This document shows positions 18,806 to 28,145 of a stretch of 64,000 nucleotides of DNA, one piece after another (positions within the stretch are counted from its first letter, which is position 1; each line of letters starts with the position of its first letter). Where the stretch lies: assembly GCA_003598025.1 (NCBI GenBank), contig QZKH01000006.1:172035-236034 (forward strand). The letters run 5' to 3'. This DNA comes from Candidatus Omnitrophota bacterium (GTDB lineage: Bacteria; Omnitrophota; Gorgyraeia; Gygaellales; Profunditerraquicolaceae). The notes beneath the pieces were generated by a model. It made no database searches, was not told where the DNA came from, and saw only the letters and a list, made by a program, of their open reading frames with translations. Both the position numbers and the translations under genes were made by a program.

Positions 18806-19039
18806 ATGTTTTTCTTAATTTTTGCCGGGGTAGTTTCACTGGTTTTCGGGATACTATTCTTGTTTTTCCCTGTAGCATTGCGTAACCTTAATGATAAAGC
18901 AAACTTAATTATGACAAGGTCTTTGGCATCTCTTGATGAAAATATAATGAAAATGCGGCTGGGTGTCGGCATTTCTTTAATATTAGCTTCAATATTATCA
19001 TTTTTTGTAATCCTTTATATTATAAAAAGAAGTGGTTAA
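18806..19039 (+). CDS. small two-TM membrane protein, unknown function
   Basis: 77 aa, two hydrophobic helices, good SD. Sits between the pilin genes and pilM. Confidence 0.4.
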   Translation: MFFLIFAGVVSLVFGILFLFFPVALRNLNDKANLIMTRSLASLDENIMKMRLGVGISLILASILSFFVILYIIKRSG

Positions 19040-20729
19040 AAATAATCTACATTTTCCCGGTATGCCTGCAGATATTAAAGGCAAAATTTTGCGCTTATCC
19101 GCAAAAATCGATGCTTTTAGATCGGCTCTAGCCGATAAAAGTATCAGGAGGGTCATTGCTGCTGAGTTAGGCAAAAGGAGCCTTAAAATCTGCTACTTGG
19201 AACTGGCCGGCCAAAAAGTAAAAATCCTGAATTATAAAACCGAAGAAATTTTTCCCGGCGCCGATTACATAAGCAGCCTTAAAGCGCTTGTATTCAGTTT
19301 CTTAAGCCAATATGCGATTGAGGGCAGGGATGTTTATGTCAGCATATCGGATATCGGGATGTTTTCGTTTAAGCATATAATTATACCCGCAGTCCCCAAA
19401 AATGAAATCAGAGATGCGGTCCTATGGCAATTAAAAAGCGATCCGGACTTCAACGATGCCGCTATTTTTGATTGGCAGCTTATAAAGGAAGGCGTAGATA
19501 AAGATGGCGTAAAAAAGATTGAAATAATGGGAGTGTTTACAAAGTCCGAGACTATCAACAGTTATCTTGAGCCATTCAGTGAGCATGGGTTAATACCGGT
19601 ATATCTTTCCTGCACCCCGTTTGTTTATCAGGATATCCTTGGCGCTATCCCGAAGAAGCAGGATGCATTCATGGTATTGAATGTCGGCGAAAAGGAATCA
19701 TGGGTTGGGATTTACAATAACAATAAATTGAATTTCATCAGAGAGCTTGCCTTTTCGACTGAAAAGATTATACAGTCTTTGACCGGCGTTTTGGCTTTTG
19801 ACCAAGGTAAAGTTGAGATCACTCCTGGCAAGGCGGCATCGCTAAAAGATAAATACGGCATCCCTATGGATGAAGGTATTGTTTTAGATGGCGGCATAAA
19901 AGCCATTCATATTATATCTCTTATGCGTCCTGTATTGGAGGGGTTGGTTAAAGAACTAAACAGGTCGGTTGAGTACTATAGGAGCAGCTTAAATAATGAA
20001 CTCAAGCCTCCATCGTTATTTATAATGGGGGATTCTTCGGATTTGAATAATTTAGACTTGTTCTTGCGCAAAGAACTTAATATTGATGTCACTAAGCTGG
20101 AAAGCATCCCGCTTCTGGAATCGCCTGAGCCCGGTCAAAAACAGGCAGCTGGATTTAATATTAGACTATTCCCGGGATTGATAGGCACTGTTTTGAATAA
20201 AGGAACTAATATAAATCTTTTGCCATCGGCTTTCCGCACTAAAAAGCTGGAATTGCTTGAAAAGTCTGTTTTAAGGATAACCGGTGTTATATTATCGGTA
20301 GTTTTTATAACAGCTGTTCTTTTCTTCAATTTCCAGATAAAGAGCTATAGAAAGAGGATCGATGTAAGCAGGGCGCATCTAAATGCGGTTGCTCAAACCC
20401 AGATGCTGAAGCAGAGGATCGACGCAAGGCAGTCAGCTATGGATAAGATCAGGCAATACAGGGTCCCTGTATACGGGATATGTAAATTAATAAGTTCTGT
20501 TGTGCCAGACACGATAATTTTAACCGAAGTCAGCCTTGATCAGTCTAAGAATATCCTGGTTATCAAAGGCAATACCCCTGTAGCCGCTAATATGGCTGAA
20601 CCGGTGATACTTAACTTCGTCGAAGCAATGGAAAAATCTTCTTTTATAAGCGAGGCAAGTTTGGCGGCCTCAGAGAATAAAGACGGCATACAGGAATTTG
20701 AAATAAGGTGCATCCTTAATAACAAATAA
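19032..20729 (+). CDS. pilMN: PilM-PilN fusion protein (actin-like PilM N-terminal, TM + PilN C-terminal)
   Basis: ~350 aa cytoplasmic actin/FtsA-like region, then a single TM (ITGVILSVVFITAVLFF) and a coiled-coil periplasmic region typical of PilN. Confidence 0.65.
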   Translation: MVKNNLHFPGMPADIKGKILRLSAKIDAFRSALADKSIRRVIAAELGKRSLKICYLELAGQKVKILNYKTEEIFPGADYISSLKALVFSFLSQYAIEGRDVYVSISDIGMFSFKHIIIPAVPKNEIRDAVLWQLKSDPDFNDAAIFDWQLIKEGVDKDGVKKIEIMGVFTKSETINSYLEPFSEHGLIPVYLSCTPFVYQDILGAIPKKQDAFMVLNVGEKESWVGIYNNNKLNFIRELAFSTEKIIQSLTGVLAFDQGKVEITPGKAASLKDKYGIPMDEGIVLDGGIKAIHIISLMRPVLEGLVKELNRSVEYYRSSLNNELKPPSLFIMGDSSDLNNLDLFLRKELNIDVTKLESIPLLESPEPGQKQAAGFNIRLFPGLIGTVLNKGTNINLLPSAFRTKKLELLEKSVLRITGVILSVVFITAVLFFNFQIKSYRKRIDVSRAHLNAVAQTQMLKQRIDARQSAMDKIRQYRVPVYGICKLISSVVPDTIILTEVSLDQSKNILVIKGNTPVAANMAEPVILNFVEAMEKSSFISEASLAASENKDGIQEFEIRCILNNK

Positions 20730-20730
20730 C

Positions 20731-21330
20731 ATGAAGAACATTAATTTTAAGATAAAATGGCTAAGCCTTAACGAAGCGCAAAAGAAGATTGCTGTAGTGC
20801 TTATGGTTTTTATAATAATAATATTAGTATTATGGATAACGATTTACAGGCCATTAAGAATAAAGGAACTGAATTTAGGCTTGGAATTGAAAGCCCTTAA
20901 TGCTCAGATTGCGCAGATAGAAAGCATATTTGGCAGCGATGCATCAATAGATGAGGGTATGCTGAGGATAAAAAAGGCGTCTGAAGCTGCTTTGGATAAG
21001 TTGCCAGCAGATGAGAAAGATAGCATAAGGATGCTTTCTGATGTAGCCAGGAAACATAATATTGAAATAATCTCCATTAAGCCTCAGCCAAAATCCTTGG
21101 TTTTAGACAAAGACCGGAAAGAGATCCAGGCTGAAGGCAAAACATGCCATAGTATTTTTGTCTCAATAGATATGATTTCAAGCTTCTCGGATTTGGTAGC
21201 TTATCTGGCTGTATTGGAAAATGAATTTAAAACCTTTATTACAGTAGAAGAGCTTGCTATTAACAGGCTGGAGTTATCAGGGGCGAAATTACCGGTAATC
21301 TTAAGCATTAACCTATATTTACTCAGCTAA
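20731..21330 (+). CDS. pilO: PilO-like type IV pilus assembly protein
   Basis: N-terminal TM, coiled-coil, ~200 aa. Position directly after pilMN. Confidence 0.5.
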   Translation: MKNINFKIKWLSLNEAQKKIAVVLMVFIIIILVLWITIYRPLRIKELNLGLELKALNAQIAQIESIFGSDASIDEGMLRIKKASEAALDKLPADEKDSIRMLSDVARKHNIEIISIKPQPKSLVLDKDRKEIQAEGKTCHSIFVSIDMISSFSDLVAYLAVLENEFKTFITVEELAINRLELSGAKLPVILSINLYLLS

Positions 21331-21786
21331 ATGAAAGATAAAAAACAACTTGAGGCAATAATTACTGTTGTATTGATAGTCATTTTTATATTTACGCTTG
21401 TACGCGTATTCGGCAGGACCAAGAAGAATCTTACAGCTAACGAGAATGCAAAAACCGTCGTTGGCAGCTTTAATAAGATACAGGCTCAGGAAAAAGATAA
21501 AGATACGCCTAATAAAAGGCTATCCATCTGGCGAGAAGAGGCATTAAAGCTCCAGCTTAAGACTGATCCTTTCACCGGGGCGCGTATCAGCCCGGTTAAA
21601 ACTTCCGTCAGGCAATTGTCTCTTAACGGTATCCTTGCCGATGATAAAGGGATATTAGCAATTATTAATAATGAAATCGTCGGTGTCGGTGACAGGGTCG
21701 ATAACTACATTGTTATAAAAATAGAAAAAGATAAAGTTATATTGAATGATGGAGTAAATAATTTCGAGATCAGGCTTAATAGGTAA
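21331..21786 (+). CDS. PilP-like periplasmic protein (tentative)
   Basis: N-terminal TM/signal, ~150 aa, beta-rich C-terminus. Assigned by gene order only. Confidence 0.3.
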   Translation: MKDKKQLEAIITVVLIVIFIFTLVRVFGRTKKNLTANENAKTVVGSFNKIQAQEKDKDTPNKRLSIWREEALKLQLKTDPFTGARISPVKTSVRQLSLNGILADDKGILAIINNEIVGVGDRVDNYIVIKIEKDKVILNDGVNNFEIRLNR

Positions 21787-21834
21787 TCCGCTTTTTATAA
21801 CCCTGCGTTTTAAACCCTTAAACCCAAGAAGATC

Positions 21835-22806
21835 ATGTTTCAAAAATACAGCAAGATTATAAAATTCTGCATGCGTTATGGCTGGAAATTCTTTAAGCCC
21901 GGCAGGTTTACGCCTAAAAGATTACCCAATCTTTCTATTGAGGTAACAAATTATTGTAAATCAAGGTGTGTTTTTTGCGCCAACTCTATAATGAAAAGAC
22001 CAAGGGTTAATCTCGATATGGGTTTATTTGAAAAGGCAGTACAAGAATTTGCAGGGGCAGGAGGCGGATGCATTGATTTTAGTGTCTGTATAGGTGAGCC
22101 GTTATTGGATCCATACCTGCTTAAGAGGGTAAGATTTGTAAAAAGTTTTGATAATCTTAAAGGATTAGGTTTCGTTACAACTTTACAGGAATTAAATAGT
22201 TATGACCTGGCAGAATTTATTGACGCCGGTATTGACTGGCTTAATATCTCATCTGTTTTTTCTGGAAAACAAAAATATAAGGAGTTCTTTGGCACAGATA
22301 ATTACGAACAGACGCTTGATAATATAATAAATTTGTTAGAAGAGAACAAAAAGAGAGGCAATAAAATAAATATTAGTTTTGATATAAAGCCGACCGAAGA
22401 GACAATAAGTGAGATAAAAAGCAGCTCCGATTTTAAACTGATTGACAGGTTAACGGACGGACATTTGAGCAAGCGCGTTGATGCAATGTCTATATGTGTT
22501 GACGATTGGATTGGAAATGTGCAGCTGCCGGGTTATTTAAAGAAGAGAAAAAGGCCCCTTTATCCCAGGGTTTTCAGGCCTTGTTCGCTTTTTTATAACA
22601 AATTGATAGTCTATTCAAACGGTAAGATAGGGATATGTTCCTGTCGTGACTTTAACGCAGATAGCGAGATGATATTAGGTGATATAAGAGAAATTGGCAT
22701 TTTGGAAGCGTGGGCCAGCGAGAAAATAAATAATTTACGCAGGAATTGGAGGCTGAAAAATGTCATCCCTGAGATATGCCGAAAATGTTCTGCGTATTCT
22801 TATTAA
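21835..22806 (+). CDS. radical SAM protein with C-terminal SPASM/twitch-like Cys cluster
   Basis: TNYCKSRCVFC (CX3CX2C). C-terminal CSCRD...CRKCSAY cysteines. Confidence 0.7.
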   Translation: MFQKYSKIIKFCMRYGWKFFKPGRFTPKRLPNLSIEVTNYCKSRCVFCANSIMKRPRVNLDMGLFEKAVQEFAGAGGGCIDFSVCIGEPLLDPYLLKRVRFVKSFDNLKGLGFVTTLQELNSYDLAEFIDAGIDWLNISSVFSGKQKYKEFFGTDNYEQTLDNIINLLEENKKRGNKINISFDIKPTEETISEIKSSSDFKLIDRLTDGHLSKRVDAMSICVDDWIGNVQLPGYLKKRKRPLYPRVFRPCSLFYNKLIVYSNGKIGICSCRDFNADSEMILGDIREIGILEAWASEKINNLRRNWRLKNVIPEICRKCSAYSY

Positions 22807-22818
22807 TTACCTTAGGAG

Positions 22819-23100
22819 GTGACTGAAATGGACTGGAAAATATTCTTTGCTACATTTACCGCTGTTTTTCTGGCTGAGTTAGCGGACAAAACACAATTAG
22901 TCGGTATTGCTATGTCGGCAAAATCAAACAAGCCGTTATTTGTCTGGTTGGGTTCTGTGTCAGCCTATATGATTGTTACGGCGGTATCTGTTATCCTCGG
23001 GGTAAGCTTTGGAAAATATTTAAGGCCGGAGTTGATTAAGTATATCGGCGCGTCGTTATTTATAATTATAGGCTGTTTAATGTTTCTAGGAAAGATATAA
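22819..23100 (+). CDS. UPF0016/GDT1 (TMEM165) family single-repeat membrane protein
   Basis: ELADKTQL variant of the E-x-G-D-(K/R)-(T/S) motif. 93 aa, three TM. Confidence 0.5.
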   Translation: MTEMDWKIFFATFTAVFLAELADKTQLVGIAMSAKSNKPLFVWLGSVSAYMIVTAVSVILGVSFGKYLRPELIKYIGASLFIIIGCLMFLGKI

Positions 23101-23102
23101 TA

Positions 23103-24185
23103 CTAATCCAGGATTGTTTTAAGTTCTTTGGTTTTTTCGAAAAGTTTATTTATGAATTCCTGGATTATTTTACGGTTTTCGCTCCCCATCTGTAAAGAAC
23201 GGCAGATACTATCTGCTGTTTTAAGCAGGGAAAGGGCCTTATTAAAACAGTATTGCTGGGATTTTGATTTTCTTATCAGGTCCCTGAATGCCAATAGGTC
23301 CGAGTTCGTTTTCTTCTCTTTCTTTAAAATGCGCCTGATTGTTATCTTGTCGTTATTATTAAGTTTTTTATAAGCCTGCCATAGGAGAAGCGTTTTCTTA
23401 GACTCAACCAGGTCGCTTAATATAGGCTTGCCGATTGATTTTGAAGAAGAGAAGATGTCAAGCAGGTCATCCTGGATTTGGAAGGCAAGGCCGAGATTAA
23501 CGCCAAGCTTAGATAGTTTTTTAAGCTCTTTATCAGGCACGCCGTTTAGTATCCCCCCTAATAATAAAGGTGTCTCAAAAGTGTACTTTGCTGTTTTAAG
23601 CAGGTAATTCAGGTATATGCTTTTTTGCGAGATTTGTTCTATGTTCTTTGTGCTGTTTACCACATCAATAAATTCGCCGGCCCCTGTAAAAGCGGCGGTT
23701 TCAACCAGTTTCTTTAAAGCTAGTTGTTTTCTCGACAAGTTTTCATCAATCTGCAAAAAGGAATCAATAGCAAGGGCAAATATTATGTCTCCGGCTATTA
23801 TACTTAAGTGCTCTCCAAGTTGTGATTTTTTGCTGACCCCAAATTTATTATTAAACAGGATATGCAGCGTTGGCCTGCCTCTGCGTAGATAGGACTTATC
23901 GATCACATCATCATGGATAAGCATGAAATCGTGGAAAAGCTCAAGGGCCAAAGAAGAGCGTAATAATTTTGGGAAATTTATTTTCTTATTTTTTGCATAT
24001 CCGCAATAACTTACGATGTAGAGTATCGGCCTGATACGCTTGCCTTCCCTCTGCAGGAAATCTTTGATACACTGATAAAGGGCAGGTGATACAGAATTTA
24101 CCTTGTAGTTTTTTAAGGTATCGGCAAGGAATATGTCTATGCTTTTATTCAACCGCGCTTTAAGATAATTGACGTCTATTTTCAT
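23103..24185 (-). CDS. crtE: polyprenyl diphosphate synthase (GGPP synthase-like, CrtE/IdsA)
   Basis: First DDxxD (IHDDVIDKS) and second DDxxD (QIQDDLLD) aspartate-rich motifs. 360 aa. Confidence 0.85.
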   Translation of the reverse strand: MKIDVNYLKARLNKSIDIFLADTLKNYKVNSVSPALYQCIKDFLQREGKRIRPILYIVSYCGYAKNKKINFPKLLRSSLALELFHDFMLIHDDVIDKSYLRRGRPTLHILFNNKFGVSKKSQLGEHLSIIAGDIIFALAIDSFLQIDENLSRKQLALKKLVETAAFTGAGEFIDVVNSTKNIEQISQKSIYLNYLLKTAKYTFETPLLLGGILNGVPDKELKKLSKLGVNLGLAFQIQDDLLDIFSSSKSIGKPILSDLVESKKTLLLWQAYKKLNNNDKITIRRILKKEKKTNSDLLAFRDLIRKSKSQQYCFNKALSLLKTADSICRSLQMGSENRKIIQEFINKLFEKTKELKTILD

Positions 24186-24264
24186 GTGCCTATGTTAGCA
24201 TAAAGCAAATTTTATTACAATAAATTGTTGAATATTGGCCTCTTTGTTATAGTATAATAAACAT

Positions 24265-25167
24265 ATGGGACTAACGCTGCGCCAATTCATTTCAAGCCTG
24301 CGCCTTCCTTTTGTAAGTTCAAGCTTGATTCCTTTTATTTTCGGTTCGATCATTTTCCGGCAAGATTTTAAATGGTTTAATTTTATTTTCGGCATATTTG
24401 CTGTCCTGTTTGCGCATCTTGGCGCTAATGTCTTCAATGATTATTGTGACAGCAGGTCAGGTTGTGATTGGAAGGACCTTAATTCTTACGGATTCTTTGG
24501 GGGCTCAAAACTTATCCAGCAGGGAAAGCTCAGCGAACGGTATTATTTGTTTTCCGGATTGGTTTTTATGTTCCTTGCGTTAGTCTGCATGGCCTGTCTT
24601 TTTATCAAACTAAGAGATTATAAAATAATATATTTCGGGATTTTAATTGTTTTATTATCGGTCGGTTATTCGCTGCCGCCTTTAAAATTATCTTACCGGG
24701 GATGGGGAGAGATAGCTGTATTCATTTTATTCGGGCAGGCATTGGTTATGGGCGGATATTATTTACAGTCCGGGATATTCCCTGATTTCAGGTCTTTTAT
24801 GCTTTCGCTGCCGTTAGCCTTTTTAATTACCGCTATTTTATTCTGCAATGAGATACCCGATTTTGATACAGACAGGCTTAGTAATAAGAGGACATGGGTA
24901 GTAAGGGCAGGGCCGAAATATGCCTACTTTGTATATATTCTTATTAATATCTGTTCAGCTGCGGCAATATTTATAAATGTTTATTTTGGTTTTATGCCTA
25001 AACACGCGCTCCTTATTATTTTTATTTTTATTCTCCCCCTAAAGGCAACTTTTATTCTGCGAAAAAGTTATAATTCTAAGGAAAAATTGTTAGCAGCTTC
25101 AAGGTTAGCCATAATTACACACAATCTTAGCGGCATCGGATTAATATTAGCAACAGTTTTACGATGA
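24265..25167 (+). CDS. UbiA-family prenyltransferase (lycopene elongase/MenA-like)
   Basis: NVFNDYCDSRSGCD aspartate-rich UbiA motif. 8-9 TM, 300 aa. Located inside the carotenoid gene set. Confidence 0.7.
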   Translation: MGLTLRQFISSLRLPFVSSSLIPFIFGSIIFRQDFKWFNFIFGIFAVLFAHLGANVFNDYCDSRSGCDWKDLNSYGFFGGSKLIQQGKLSERYYLFSGLVFMFLALVCMACLFIKLRDYKIIYFGILIVLLSVGYSLPPLKLSYRGWGEIAVFILFGQALVMGGYYLQSGIFPDFRSFMLSLPLAFLITAILFCNEIPDFDTDRLSNKRTWVVRAGPKYAYFVYILINICSAAAIFINVYFGFMPKHALLIIFIFILPLKATFILRKSYNSKEKLLAASRLAIITHNLSGIGLILATVLR

Positions 25168-26306
25168 AGAAAAAAATACTAATAATCGGAGCAGGTTTTG
25201 CCGGATTACAGGCTGTTAATATTATCCGTTCAGGCTTAAAAAGGATAGTTGATTTTGAGCTGGCGGTTGTTGATAAAAAAGAGACTTTTGATTTTCTCCC
25301 CATGTTACCTGATATAATCTCCGGCAGAGTATGGCCAGGCAATGCCAGGTTGGACTTGAAGGAATATTTCTCCTCTTTAGGTGTTGATTACATACATGAC
25401 GAGGTTGTGGCATTACATTTGAAAGAAAAGTATGTTGTATTAGCTTCAGGCCGGATAATTGAATTCACATTTATATTGCTAGCTAGCGGTTCCGAAACAA
25501 ATTTCTACAATAAAGCGGATATCAAAGAAAGGTTTTTCAGGCTGGATTCCGCTTCTGATGCTTTAAAGCTTCATCTTGAAATAATGAAAGAGCCCGGCAG
25601 GAATATTTTGATAGTCGGAGCAGGATATACCGGAGTAGAAGCCGCAAGCAGCGTGCTTCAATTATTAAATAAGCTGAATGCAAAGAGCAGGGTTTATTTA
25701 ATAGAGATATCCAGTAATATTCTGTCTGTTTTGCCTGAATGGATGAAAAATTACATTGAAGATATGATGCGTAAGCAGAACGCCAGGATATTGACAGGGG
25801 TTTCTCTTGAAAATTTCGAAAATTCAAAAGCGCTGCTTTCAGACGGTACAATTATTGAGAATGCTTTAGTGGTTTGGGTGGCCGGAGTCAGGGCACCTGA
25901 TTTTATCAGCAAGGCAGGGATAAATCGCGATAGGCAGTCAAGAGTTATAGTAGATGGATATCTTTGTTTTGCTGAAGGCGCGTATGCTGCCGGAGATTGC
26001 GCAGCTTTTAATTATCGCGGCAAGGTGTTGCGCATGGCAGTGCAATTTTCTATTTTTGAAGCCAGGACGGCAGCCAATAACATCCTAAATGAAATACGGG
26101 GCAGGGAAAGAAGATTTTACCATCCTATAGATTTGGGATATATAGTCCCGTTGTCCAATGGTATTGGCTGTGGCCAGGTTCTTAATATAAGAGTGAAAGG
26201 CCGCATAGCCTGGTTTATGCATTGGATTATGTGTATATACCGGACGCCAAAAGCGGCAAGAAGGATCAAGTTGATTAAAAACCTAATATACGGCAAGGAG
26301 GAATAA
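25164..26306 (+). CDS. FAD/NAD(P)-binding oxidoreductase, NDH-2 (type II NADH:quinone oxidoreductase)-like
   Basis: Two Rossmann dinucleotide motifs (ILIIGAGFAGLQA and ILIVGAGYTGVEAA). Confidence 0.65.
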   Translation: MKKKILIIGAGFAGLQAVNIIRSGLKRIVDFELAVVDKKETFDFLPMLPDIISGRVWPGNARLDLKEYFSSLGVDYIHDEVVALHLKEKYVVLASGRIIEFTFILLASGSETNFYNKADIKERFFRLDSASDALKLHLEIMKEPGRNILIVGAGYTGVEAASSVLQLLNKLNAKSRVYLIEISSNILSVLPEWMKNYIEDMMRKQNARILTGVSLENFENSKALLSDGTIIENALVVWVAGVRAPDFISKAGINRDRQSRVIVDGYLCFAEGAYAAGDCAAFNYRGKVLRMAVQFSIFEARTAANNILNEIRGRERRFYHPIDLGYIVPLSNGIGCGQVLNIRVKGRIAWFMHWIMCIYRTPKAARRIKLIKNLIYGKEE

Positions 26307-26307
26307 A

Positions 26308-26679
26308 ATGGGGGCATATGTATTAGTACCTATCCGGCTGGTTATGGCGGTTATATTTTTGAAGGCAGGGCTTGGGAAAGCGTTTGGCTGGTTTGGGGGG
26401 AATGGAATTACTGCTTTTTCTGAATTTATCGGCGGCATAGGTTTTAAACCAGGATTATTTTGGGCAAATTTAGTTGCATATTCCGAAATTGTGTGCGCTC
26501 TTTTTATCCTTGTTGGTTTTTTAAGCAGGCTCTCTTCAGTTATACTTGCGGTGATAATGGCTGTTGCCATATTAAAAGTGCATTTAACTTCAGGTTATGA
26601 ATACCCTTTGCTGATTCTTGCCTGCTGCCTTGCAATAATCATCCAGGGGCCGGGAAAATTAGCAGTAAACAATTTATAA
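26308..26679 (+). CDS. DoxX-family membrane protein
   Basis: ~120 aa, 4 TM, typical DoxX size and hydrophobicity pattern. Confidence 0.5.
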   Translation: MGAYVLVPIRLVMAVIFLKAGLGKAFGWFGGNGITAFSEFIGGIGFKPGLFWANLVAYSEIVCALFILVGFLSRLSSVILAVIMAVAILKVHLTSGYEYPLLILACCLAIIIQGPGKLAVNNL

Positions 26680-26693
26680 TCTAAGTATATCTT

Positions 26694-28145
26694 ATGGGCA
26701 AAAAAATATCGATAGTCGGAGCTGGCATAGGTGGGCTTGCTTTAGCTGCGAGGCTGGCAAAGGATGGATATAATGTGGAAGTTTACGAGAAGCTATCTAG
26801 GTGCGGGGGGAGAAACAATATAATTGAAGATAGCGGATATAAATTTGATACCGGGCCTTCTTTTGTTTTGATGCCTGATTTCTTCGACGAACTTTTTTCT
26901 TATTGCGGCCAGGATATAAAAGATTATCTGGAGCTGAAAGCTTTAGATATCAGCTATAAAATATTCTATGCCGACGGCCAGGCAGTGACAGTTTATAGGG
27001 ATTCGGAAAAAACAAAAGAGAGCATAGAGAAGATTGAGCGAGGGGCTTCGAAGGCATTTGATGATTTTATCTTTCAGACAGAAAAAATATATAAGAGCGT
27101 AAGGCCGCTTTTATACAAAAGCTTCAGGCCGCAGGACATTTTGAATTTAGCTAATATAAAACTTATAGCGAAAATAAAGGCATTTGATACATACTGGAGC
27201 CTTGCCAAGAAATTCTTTAAAAGCGAGAAACTCTGCTATGCTTTTACTTTTGAGGCTATGTTTATGGGGGTTTCTCCTTTTGATGCTCCGGCTTTTTACA
27301 GCATAATAAGCTATACTGATCATAGGCAAAAGATTTTTCACCCTATGGGAGGCATGTATAAGATTCCCCTCGCATTAGAAGAGATGGCAACAAAATTCGG
27401 TGCAAATTTTAATTATAATTCAGAGGTCAGCAGTATTAGTAAATCTTCAAATGGTTCGGTCGAGCTAAAGATCGGGGAGGAACGCATTAATTCGGATATA
27501 GGCGTTATCAATGCAGATTACTCTTATGCTCAAGAAAGCCTTTTGAATAGGCGCCTGCCGGGTTATAAATATTCTTGTTCAGTATTGCTTTTCTACATCG
27601 GAGTAAGAAAAAAACTCAGCAATTTAACCCACCATAACCTGTTTCTTAGCGGAGATTTGAGAAAAAATCTGACGCAGATATTTAAAGATAAATCTGTGCC
27701 GGACGAGCCGTCATTTTATGTTCATGTCCCCACGGTAACTGATCATAGCTTAGCTCCAAAGGGTAGCGATATACTATATGTCTTAGTGCCCGTTTCTAAT
27801 CTTAGCGGTAAAGAAGGCAGGATTGACCAGAGCCAGGAGCAGAGGATAAAAGAGTTTGTATTCCAGAAGATAAACGAAGTATGCCGGGAAAAAATTGAAG
27901 ATTATATTGAAGTTGAGCTTAAATTTTATCCCGAAGATTTTATCGGCAGGTATAATATAAAATATGGCGCAACTTTTGGTCTCGCCCATAACTTCATGCA
28001 GAGCGCATTTTTCAGGCCCAATAATCATGATACAAGAATTAAAAACCTTTATTATGTCGGAGCCAGTACACAGCCGGGGGGAGGGCTGCCTGTTGTAATT
28101 GCCAGCTCAAAGATAGTTTCTGACCTTATTAAGTTACGCGGTTAA
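26694..28145 (+). CDS. crtI: phytoene desaturase family (CrtI-like)
   Basis: N-terminal FAD motif ISIVGAGIGGLALAARL. 483 aa. C-terminal GGGLPVV motif of CrtI/amine-oxidase family. Confidence 0.8.
   Translation: MGKKISIVGAGIGGLALAARLAKDGYNVEVYEKLSRCGGRNNIIEDSGYKFDTGPSFVLMPDFFDELFSYCGQDIKDYLELKALDISYKIFYADGQAVTVYRDSEKTKESIEKIERGASKAFDDFIFQTEKIYKSVRPLLYKSFRPQDILNLANIKLIAKIKAFDTYWSLAKKFFKSEKLCYAFTFEAMFMGVSPFDAPAFYSIISYTDHRQKIFHPMGGMYKIPLALEEMATKFGANFNYNSEVSSISKSSNGSVELKIGEERINSDIGVINADYSYAQESLLNRRLPGYKYSCSVLLFYIGVRKKLSNLTHHNLFLSGDLRKNLTQIFKDKSVPDEPSFYVHVPTVTDHSLAPKGSDILYVLVPVSNLSGKEGRIDQSQEQRIKEFVFQKINEVCREKIEDYIEVELKFYPEDFIGRYNIKYGATFGLAHNFMQSAFFRPNNHDTRIKNLYYVGASTQPGGGLPVVIASSKIVSDLIKLRG

Noticed and set aside
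25164-26679. NDH-2-like flavoprotein and DoxX as dedicated carotenoid-modifying enzymes
   Set aside because: Both families are common respiratory or membrane proteins. Co-location with crt genes is suggestive only, with no carotenoid-specific motif visible.
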